Source of the DNA: Abditibacteriaceae bacterium
Lineage (GTDB): Bacteria > Armatimonadota > Abditibacteriia > Abditibacteriales > Abditibacteriaceae
Direction: 5' to 3'
Length of the DNA: 22,998 nucleotides
Assembly: GCA_031425655.1 (NCBI GenBank)
Contig: JANPJS010000151.1
Location: 1 to 22,998, forward strand
A model generated the notes under the pieces. It did no database searches, had not been told where the DNA came from, and saw only the letters and a list, made by a program, of their open reading frames with translations. The translations under genes were made by a program, and so were the position numbers. Below are positions 16,149 to 22,998 of the stretch, piece after piece. Position 1 is the stretch's first letter; each line of letters begins with the position of its first letter.

Positions 16149-19112
16149 TCAATCCACGAAGTAAAACTCGTTCGACATCAAGAGCGCTTGGGCATAACGC
16201 GCCCAACTCGAAAGCGAGGCGGGCGCAGGGCCGGGCGGCGCCGAAAACTGCGTCAGCGAACTCCACGACGGGCCTTTGGGCATGACGATGCTGACGACCC
16301 AGCCAAACGAATCGGAATTATCGCTGGTGCGCGGCGAGGCCACAAAATCTAACGTATCGCCTTTTTGCAGCGCGATTTTCTCGACTTTGGTTTCGGCGCT
16401 GGAATTTTGGATCGTCCACGTTCCAAGCGACCCGCTCCGGCTGGAAACGATGCGTAATTCCAAACCGTCGCCTGCATCAGCGGGATGATTGGCGGTGCCT
16501 TGAATCGAAACCACGCCGTCGTGCGGCGCGACCCAGCGGCGAATCGCGGCGTGCGCGCTGTCGTGGCCGGGATGCCCGCCGCCGCTGCCTAAGCTGACAT
16601 AACCAAGTTGCGGATGCGGAAATTCGGCGCCCACTCGATACGATCCATCCTTGAAAACCGCCAGTGGCGTGAAGCCGGTGACGCGGTTGGATTTTTCGTC
16701 GAAGCCGCCCCAGCCATAGCGCCAGAATTGCGGCGCAAGATCGGGCGCCGGGCCGGGCGCAGCTTGCAAATACTTCTGTCCCAGCGCGATTTCTGCGGCA
16801 TCGGGTGCGCGAGAAAACAGGATTTGATAAAGCGCGCGAATGCGGGCCACGTCGTCTTTGGGCGTCGTGATTTCGGGCCGATTAGCCAACTGCTGCGCTT
16901 GATCTACCACGAAATCGTTGTTCATCAAAAAGAGCGCCTGCTGCGGCACGACGGTTTTGAATCGCTGCGGACTGCTGGCATCGGGCGTAGCGAAATCGAA
17001 GGTTTTGAAGATGCCCGGCAAGTTTTGCCGCTCGATCAGGCCGTAAACCGAGCGCCGCGCCGGATAAGGCGTCTGCCACAAATCCACCGCCGGCCCGCCG
17101 ACTTTGGCATCCAGTTTTCCCGATGCGTAAAGCAGCGAATCGCGCAGGGCTTCCAATTCGAGGCGGCGGCGGTTCATGCGCCAGATGAGCGTATTTTCCG
17201 GGTCACTTGCGAAGCTTTTGGCGTTAAAATCGTTGCTCTGACGGTAGGCGCTCGACATCATTATCAGCTTTTGCATCGCCTTGATTGACCAGCCACTATC
17301 CATGAAACGCTTCGACAAATAATCAATCAATTCCTGATGCGTGGGCGCTTCGCCGCGCGTGCCGAAATCGCTGGGCGTTCCTACCAAGCCGGTGCCGAAA
17401 TGCTGCATCCACAGGCGATTAACCATCACGCGCGCCGTCAGGGGATTGTCTTTTGAGGCGATAGACTGCGCTAATTCGAGGCGTCCGCTGCCGTTTTTCC
17501 ATTCGGGCCGCGCTTCGCCGGACAAAATTGCCAAAAAGCGGCGCGGCGCTAAATCGCCCTTGTTACCTTGATTGCCGCGCCGAAAAATGTGCTGTTCGAC
17601 GGGTTTTTCGGCATCGGCCATTGTCATGGCGCGTTCGGGCGTCGGAGGATACGATTTTTTCAGCGCGGCGAGGCTTTCGCCCAAAGTTTTCACTTTTTCG
17701 CGCGCCGCTTCTTCAAAAGCCGGCAGCAAAGCAGCAAGTTCTTTGGCGTCCGGCTTTTCGCGCTCGCGGAATTTGGCCAGCGTCTTTTTGATTTCGTCCG
17801 GCAACGCTTCGCCCTTCTTTTCACGTTCGCGCAATAATTTCACTTGCTCTTTAATCAGGTTGTCTTCTTCGGCGTCGGTTTCACGCACTTTTTTATCGTG
17901 CGCGGCCCACGGTTCGGAGATAGTTTTCGGTGAAATCGGCGTGTCGGGCGGCTCGGTTGAGGACGCGAAAACGCCGTAAAGCGAATAATAATCCTGCGTC
18001 GGAATCGGGTCGAATTTATGATCGTGGCAACGCGCGCAGGCCACGCTCAGGCCTTGAAAGCCGCGCATCGCGGTGTCAATGCGGTCATCAATAATGTCCG
18101 GCTGCTGATTCAAAAAGCGCCGTCCGACCCGCAAGAAGCCCATCGCGGCCAAGCGGCGCGGGTCGCCGTCCGGCAGACGATCCGCAGCCAATTGTTGAAT
18201 GATGAACTGATCGTAGGGCAAATCTTCGTTGAAAGCGCGAATCACCCAGTCGCGGTATTGAAAAGCGTTGGGATAATTGCGGTCTTCCTGAAAAACGTAG
18301 CCTTTGGTGTCGGCGTAGCGCGCTACATCCAGCCAGTGACGGCCCCAGCGTTCGCCATAACGCGGACTCGCCAGCAGGCGGTCAATCACTTTTTCGTAAG
18401 CGTTCGGCGTCGCATCGCCGACAAAAGACTGCACTTCGTCGGGCGTGGGCGGAAGACCGTGCAAATCGAAAGTCGCGCGGCGAATTAAAGTGGCTTTATC
18501 AGCAATTTTGGCGGGCGCCAAGCCGCGCGCTTCGAGTTTCGCCAAAATGAAAGCATCAACGGGATTGGAAATCCAGCCGCCGTTTTTGACTTTGGGCGGC
18601 GCATAGTTGCGAACCGGCTGAAACGACCAGAATTTGCGCTGCGCCTCGCTGATGACGTAACCGCCATCCGGCGTTGTGGTTGTTGCCGCTTTGGGCGCAT
18701 CGTTTGGCCACGGCGATCCCATTTTCACCCACGCTTCGAGATCGGCGATTTCTTCGTCTTTCAGCTTCTTTCCGGGCGGCATTTGCAAGTCGCCCATGTG
18801 CTTGACAGCTTTAATCAAGAGACTTTTGGCCGGGTCTTTTTCGACAAGCGCCGGGCCGCTGTCGCCGCCTTTGAGCAGCAAGGCTTTGCCGTCCACGCGC
18901 AAGCCGCCTTTCTGCTTTTTGTCGCTGTGACACGAATAGCAATTATTGGCGAGAACCGGACGAATTTTCGTCTCGAAAAACTCGGCTTGCGCCGGCTCGA
19001 TGGGCACTAATTTCGGCTCTTCGGCGGCAAACAATCCAGAGCGAGTAGCGCCTAAAACCACCAAAGCTGCGCCCGTTGTGAAGAATAAAATTTTCGATTT
19101 CTGCCAATTCAT
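16149..19112 (-). CDS. DUF1549/DUF1553 (PSD1) and planctomycete cytochrome c domain protein (987 aa)
   Basis: N-terminal signal or TM segment, FFETKIRPVL..NCYSCH (heme), WSFQP, YGERWGRHWLDVARYAD, CARCHDHKFDP (heme), NPLTARVMVNRLW, terminal LLMSNEFYFVD. Start chosen at ATG 19112. Confidence 0.95.
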   Translation of the reverse strand: MNWQKSKILFFTTGAALVVLGATRSGLFAAEEPKLVPIEPAQAEFFETKIRPVLANNCYSCHSDKKQKGGLRVDGKALLLKGGDSGPALVEKDPAKSLLIKAVKHMGDLQMPPGKKLKDEEIADLEAWVKMGSPWPNDAPKAATTTTPDGGYVISEAQRKFWSFQPVRNYAPPKVKNGGWISNPVDAFILAKLEARGLAPAKIADKATLIRRATFDLHGLPPTPDEVQSFVGDATPNAYEKVIDRLLASPRYGERWGRHWLDVARYADTKGYVFQEDRNYPNAFQYRDWVIRAFNEDLPYDQFIIQQLAADRLPDGDPRRLAAMGFLRVGRRFLNQQPDIIDDRIDTAMRGFQGLSVACARCHDHKFDPIPTQDYYSLYGVFASSTEPPDTPISPKTISEPWAAHDKKVRETDAEEDNLIKEQVKLLREREKKGEALPDEIKKTLAKFREREKPDAKELAALLPAFEEAAREKVKTLGESLAALKKSYPPTPERAMTMADAEKPVEQHIFRRGNQGNKGDLAPRRFLAILSGEARPEWKNGSGRLELAQSIASKDNPLTARVMVNRLWMQHFGTGLVGTPSDFGTRGEAPTHQELIDYLSKRFMDSGWSIKAMQKLIMMSSAYRQSNDFNAKSFASDPENTLIWRMNRRRLELEALRDSLLYASGKLDAKVGGPAVDLWQTPYPARRSVYGLIERQNLPGIFKTFDFATPDASSPQRFKTVVPQQALFLMNNDFVVDQAQQLANRPEITTPKDDVARIRALYQILFSRAPDAAEIALGQKYLQAAPGPAPDLAPQFWRYGWGGFDEKSNRVTGFTPLAVFKDGSYRVGAEFPHPQLGYVSLGSGGGHPGHDSAHAAIRRWVAPHDGVVSIQGTANHPADAGDGLELRIVSSRSGSLGTWTIQNSSAETKVEKIALQKGDTLDFVASPRTSDNSDSFGWVVSIVMPKGPSWSSLTQFSAPPGPAPASLSSWARYAQALLMSNEFYFVD

Positions 19113-19228
19113 TGTGGGCCTAAAGGGTAAAAAGACACGAAAATTCGCGTTTTGTTGCGAAAAGAGATGCCGCAAACCGCGACGTGGTGCCCTCGAAATT
19201 GTCGCACTACCCGGCCACGCGATTCTGC

Positions 19229-19257
19229 TTGCCGTCTCTTTGGTCGCGCGCCACACT
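19229..19257 (+). promoter_or_regulatory. Candidate sigma70 promoter giving a (near-)leaderless transcript
   Basis: TTGCCG-N17-CACACT, 8 nt before ATG 19266, which has no SD. Confidence 0.45.
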
Positions 19258-19265
19258 TTACGCTC

Positions 19266-20366
19266 ATGAAACCACTCACATTGCTTGCCGCACTCACGTT
19301 TTCAGGTTCTGCTATGGCTAACACGCACACGTTTTATCTGGGCACTTACACCGGCCCGCAAAGCAAAGGCATTTATCGGGGCACCTTAGATTCCGAAACG
19401 GGCAAGCTCGGCCCGCTCGAATTGGTGGCCGAAGCCAAAAACCCGTCGTTTGTCGCGCTCAGCCCGGATGGCAAGGCGCTTTACGCCGCGCTCGAAGATG
19501 GCGGAGGCGCAGTCGGCGCGTGGAAAATCGGCGCCGACGGCAAACTGACCGAACTCAACAAACAGTCGTCGGGCGGCAACGGCGCGTGCCACGTCTGGGT
19601 TGATTCGACCGGCAAAAACGTTCTCGTCGCCAATTACGGCGGCGGCAGCATCGCGGTTTTGCCGGTTAAAGACGACGGCTGGTTGGGCGAAAAAAGCGCT
19701 TTTGTGCAGCACGTCGGCAGCGGGCCGAACAAAGGTCGCCAGAAAGAACCGCACGCACACTCGATTTACGCTTCGCCCGACAACAAATTTGTCTACGCCT
19801 GCGATTTGGGCACCGATGACGTGTTCACTTACCGCCTCGACGCCCAAGCCGGCACGCTGACGCCCGCTAATCCGGCGTCCGGCAAAGTGCCGCCCGGCGG
19901 CGGGCCGCGCCATCTGGCGTTTCATCCCAAAGCGAACTTTGTTTACGTTTGCAACGAGATGACAATGACAACCACAACCTTCGCGCGCGACCCGCAAACC
20001 GGCGCGTTGACCGAAGTTCAAACCATATCCACGCTGCCCGCAGGCACTACGGATTTGAAAGGCATGTCTACGGCGGAAATTTTCGCGCATCCCAGTGGAA
20101 AATTCCTCTACGTTTCCAATCGCGGCCATGACACCATTGCGGTATTCGCTATTGCCGACGACGGCAAACTGTCACTTCTGCAAAACGCGCCGTCACCCAA
20201 AGTGCCGCGCGGCTTTGACCTTTCGCCCGACGGCAAATGGTTGGTCGCCGGCGGCCAGAACGACAACACCATCGCCGTGCTGAAGATCGAAACCGACGGC
20301 AAATTAACGCCCACCGACCAGAAAGCCGAAGTCGGCGCGCCGGTTTGCGTTTTGTTCGCGCGCTGA
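19266..20366 (+). CDS. pgl: 6-phosphogluconolactonase-family (cycloisomerase 2) beta-propeller lactonase with signal peptide
   Basis: YLGTYT, NPSF, ACHV, VANYGGGS, RQKEPHAH, DLGTD, GPRHL, LYVSNRGHD, PRGF motifs. Confidence 0.88.
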   Translation: MKPLTLLAALTFSGSAMANTHTFYLGTYTGPQSKGIYRGTLDSETGKLGPLELVAEAKNPSFVALSPDGKALYAALEDGGGAVGAWKIGADGKLTELNKQSSGGNGACHVWVDSTGKNVLVANYGGGSIAVLPVKDDGWLGEKSAFVQHVGSGPNKGRQKEPHAHSIYASPDNKFVYACDLGTDDVFTYRLDAQAGTLTPANPASGKVPPGGGPRHLAFHPKANFVYVCNEMTMTTTTFARDPQTGALTEVQTISTLPAGTTDLKGMSTAEIFAHPSGKFLYVSNRGHDTIAVFAIADDGKLSLLQNAPSPKVPRGFDLSPDGKWLVAGGQNDNTIAVLKIETDGKLTPTDQKAEVGAPVCVLFAR

Positions 20367-20370
20367 TTTT

Positions 20371-20443
20371 TCTCGCAAAGACGCAAAGGCGCAAAGAAGC
20401 AAAGAAGAAATGTTTTGCTTGGCGTCTTTGCGTCTTTGCGAGA
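20371..20443. repeat. REP-like palindromic element, CGCAAAG family (copy B)
   Basis: TCTCGCAAAGACGCAAAGGCGCAAAGAAGCAAAG ... TTTGCTTGGCGTCTTTGCGTCTTTGCGAGA, followed directly by GGTTAAAAC-ATG. Confidence 0.9.
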
Positions 20444-20452
20444 GGTTAAAAC

Positions 20453-21088
20453 ATGAAACATTTCACGCTTGCCCGCACATTTTCTCTGTTCGCAATTTTG
20501 TTGGTTTCCGTAGCTCATGCCGCGCCGGTTGCACTCTTCGACGGCAAAACGTTCGATGGTTGGGAAGGCGACACGCAGAAAACGTGGCGCGTGGACAACG
20601 GAGAAATCGTCGCCGGAGCGTTGGACAAAAAGCAGGAAAACAACGATTTTTTAGCGACGACAAAACAGTTCGCCAACTTCGAGTTGCGTTTAAAAATCAA
20701 GCTGACCGGCACCGAAGGCTTCGTTAATTCCGGCGTGCAGTTTCGTTCGCAGCGCGTGCCCAATCACTTTGAAATGTCCGGTTATCAGGCCGATTTCGGC
20801 GAAGGCTATTTCGGCGCGCTTTACGACGAAACGCGGCGCAACAAAATTTTAGCAGCGCCGAGCAAAGAAACCGCCGAAAAAGCCGTCAAGCGCAACGAGT
20901 GGAACGATTATCGCATTCGCGCCGAAGGCAATCGCATTCAACTCTGGCTCAACGGCGTGCCGACGGTGGATTACACCGAACCCGACAACGACATCGCGCT
21001 CAAAGGTTTCATCGCGTTGCAAATTCACGGCGGCGCCAAAGCCGAAGTGCGCTTCAAAGACATCGTGGTCGAAGAATTGCCGAACTGA
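20453..21088 (+). CDS. DUF1080 domain protein (3-keto-disaccharide hydrolase / GH16-like fold), secreted
   Basis: Signal peptide ending AHA. LFDGKTFDGW, NSGVQFRS, GYQAD, EWNDYRI, LNGV, GFIALQIH, FKDI. Confidence 0.93.
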   Translation: MKHFTLARTFSLFAILLVSVAHAAPVALFDGKTFDGWEGDTQKTWRVDNGEIVAGALDKKQENNDFLATTKQFANFELRLKIKLTGTEGFVNSGVQFRSQRVPNHFEMSGYQADFGEGYFGALYDETRRNKILAAPSKETAEKAVKRNEWNDYRIRAEGNRIQLWLNGVPTVDYTEPDNDIALKGFIALQIHGGAKAEVRFKDIVVEELPN

Positions 21089-21092
21089 TTTA

Positions 21093-21155
21093 TCTCGCAA
21101 AGACGCCAAGTCGCAAAGAAACTTTTCTTCTTTGCGACTTGGCGTCTTTGCGAGA
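21093..21155. repeat. REP-like palindromic element, CGCAAAG family (copy C)
   Basis: Perfect 28-bp inverted repeat TCTCGCAAAGACGCCAAGTCGCAAAGAA / TTCTTTGCGACTTGGCGTCTTTGCGAGA with a 7-nt loop, followed by GGTAAAAC-ATG. Confidence 0.92.
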
Positions 21156-21163
21156 GGTAAAAC

Positions 21164-22849
21164 ATGAAAAAAATCCTGCCGTTCCTCGCTCTTGCCATCA
21201 TCTGCGCCGCACCGACTCGCGCGGCGGATGATTATCCGCTGACGGCGGATTCCAAGCCGCAGGAAAATGTGCCAAAAGGCGAAGTGCTGAAGTTCGCTTT
21301 CGAGAAAAGCACCATCTTTCCCGGCACCACGCGCGAGGTTTGGGTTTATGTTCCAAAGCAATACGATGGCGCCAAACCAGCCTGCGTTTACGTGAACCAG
21401 GACGGTATCCAGTGGAACGCGCCGACGGTCTTCGACAACCTCATCGCGCGCGGCGAAATGCCGGTTACGATTGGCGTTTTCGTGATGCATGGGCGCGTCA
21501 AAGCGCCGAATGCGAACGCGCTCGACCGCTTCAATCGCTCGCTGGAATACGATGGACTCGGCGACAATTACGCGCGCTTTCTGCTTGAAGAACTGCTGCC
21601 CGAAATCGAAAAGATGAAAACGGCGGACGGTCGCGCCATTATGCTGTCGAAAAGCGGCAACGACCGCGCGATTGGCGGCTCCAGTTCGGGCGCGATTGCC
21701 GCGTTTACCGCAGCGTGGGAGCGGCCCGATGCGTTCAGTCGCGTTTTTAGCGCCATCGGCACTTACGTCGGATTGCGCGGTGGCAACGAATATCCAACGT
21801 TGATTCGCAAGATGGAGCCGAAACCGCTGCGCGTTTTTTTGCAGGACGGCTCCAACGATTTAAACATCTACGGCGGCGATTGGTGGATGGCGAATCAAGC
21901 GATGCAGCGCTCGTTGGCCTTCGCGGGCTACGAAGTCAATCACGTCTGGGGCGAAGGCGGGCACAACGGCACGCACGGCTCGCAGGTTTTCCCCGACGCG
22001 ATGCGCTGGCTGTGGAAAGGCTGGCCGCAACCGATTAAAAGCGGTCTCGGCGCGCCGCAGTTGAAGGAGATTTTGATTCCGGGCGAGGAGTGGAAGCAGG
22101 CGGGCGAAGGGTTCTGGCAATTAATTGATTTGAATGTTGATGCCTCTGGAACAATTGGCTTTTCAAAAATAATTCCTTCAATGATGCGTAGCTCCGTTGA
22201 GTATTATCGTTGGGACGCTGCAAAAGGGAATTTTGAAAAGTCCGCTCCCGCAATGAAGGGACCAACTGATCCGCTCAATTTGGGCATGAGAACCACGGTC
22301 ACTTTAATTGATGGCTCCAAATATGTGAGGACATGGCATGAATCCAAACTTCAAATAATAAACATGAAAATGTTTGACCTTGCCCTTGTGTCTGCTAAAG
22401 GAGAACGAAAAACAGTTGCCTCCGGAGTGCTGAGTCCTGTCGCACTTACGATGTCTCCCGACCAATCCTTGCTTTATGTGGCAGACGAAAGTCACTGGGT
22501 TTGGTCATTTCAAATTCAACCCGACGGCTCGTTGGCGCACAAGCAAAAATACTATCATTTGCACGTTCCAGACGACGCTGACAGCGCAGGAACGGGCGGA
22601 ATGTGCGTTGACCGCGACGGGCGTCTTTATGTCGCAACGGCGATGGGTATTCAAGTTTGCGATCAGGCCGGGCGCGTGAATTCCATCATTCCGGTTCCGG
22701 GCGGCGCGGCGCAAAGCGTGGTTTTAGGCGGCGCCGATTTCGACACGCTGTTCGTCGCGGCGGGCGACAAGATTTACCAGCGCAAAGTGAAACCGAAGGG
22801 CGCGCCGTCGTTTTTGCCGCCGGTCAAGCCAGCCGCGCCGCGACTGTGA
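21164..22849 (+). CDS. Secreted fusion of an enterochelin-esterase-like alpha/beta hydrolase and an SMP-30/gluconolactonase domain
   Basis: Signal peptide, TREVWVYVP, nucleophile elbow GSSSG, QDG.ND and GEGGH. C-terminal SPDQSLLYVAD, VDRDGRLYVAT, GIQVCDQAGRV, LGGADFDTLF. Confidence 0.9.
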   Translation: MKKILPFLALAIICAAPTRAADDYPLTADSKPQENVPKGEVLKFAFEKSTIFPGTTREVWVYVPKQYDGAKPACVYVNQDGIQWNAPTVFDNLIARGEMPVTIGVFVMHGRVKAPNANALDRFNRSLEYDGLGDNYARFLLEELLPEIEKMKTADGRAIMLSKSGNDRAIGGSSSGAIAAFTAAWERPDAFSRVFSAIGTYVGLRGGNEYPTLIRKMEPKPLRVFLQDGSNDLNIYGGDWWMANQAMQRSLAFAGYEVNHVWGEGGHNGTHGSQVFPDAMRWLWKGWPQPIKSGLGAPQLKEILIPGEEWKQAGEGFWQLIDLNVDASGTIGFSKIIPSMMRSSVEYYRWDAAKGNFEKSAPAMKGPTDPLNLGMRTTVTLIDGSKYVRTWHESKLQIINMKMFDLALVSAKGERKTVASGVLSPVALTMSPDQSLLYVADESHWVWSFQIQPDGSLAHKQKYYHLHVPDDADSAGTGGMCVDRDGRLYVATAMGIQVCDQAGRVNSIIPVPGGAAQSVVLGGADFDTLFVAAGDKIYQRKVKPKGAPSFLPPVKPAAPRL

Positions 22850-22911
22850 ATCGCATAAATTAACCCAAGTTGCTACCTACGGGAGTGCGAAGAGCGACTT
22901 CGTCGCTCCCG

Positions 22912-22998
22912 CCCCCACCCAACCTCCCCCGGAGGGGGAGGAGTGCGCTCTTCAGGGCAAAAATCCTTGAGAAAACGCGGCTCCTCCCCCTCCGGGGG
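22912..22998. repeat. GC-rich REP-like inverted repeat, truncated by the window end
   Basis: CCCCCGGAGGGGGAGGAG (22926-22943) is the exact reverse complement of CTCCTCCCCCTCCGGGGG (22981-22998). The left arm contains its own palindrome CTCCCCC-GGA-GGGGGAG. Confidence 0.85.

Noticed and set aside
19113..19265. Overlapping N-terminal extensions of the DUF1553 and lactonase ORFs
   Set aside because: Signal peptides begin at 19112 (-) and 19266 (+). The interval is better explained as a divergent promoter region.
22120..22510. DGR variable region or intein as the explanation for the AT-rich patch
   Set aside because: No template repeat or reverse transcriptase is in the window and there are no intein terminal motifs. 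The segment replaces rather than adds sequence. It is kept only as an unexplained patch.

Overview
A GC-rich bacterial chromosomal window. Gene content is compatible with Armatimonadota/Abditibacteriota or a PVC-like soil bacterium, but the taxonomy is only inferred. In order it holds: three tandem minus-strand secreted proteins built from a repeated ~65-aa OB-fold/DUF5666-like module; a phosphohexomutase; a DUF4412-like secreted protein; DUF4385, VOC and two DinB genes; a small-gene plus nucleotidyltransferase (TA-like) pair; pheS-pheT; an AT-rich WD40 gene; TMEM14; a DUF1549/DUF1553 cytochrome c plus DUF1501 operon interrupted by two small coiled-coil genes; and a divergent lactonase / DUF1080 / esterase-SMP30 operon. 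No tRNA, rRNA, CRISPR array or transposase was seen. Most notable: (i) long intergenic hairpins whose arms are three tandem 8-, 9- or 10-mers, two of which form nearly the whole intergenic spacer including the RBS; (ii) the AT-rich WD40 gene sits inside one such element between 12-bp direct repeats, and its removal rebuilds a single hairpin, resembling a cassette integrated into a repeat; (iii) a shared ECF-sigma-type promoter motif upstream of the OB-fold repeat genes; (iv) an in-frame AT-rich patch in the SMP-30 domain with apparent loss of metal ligands.
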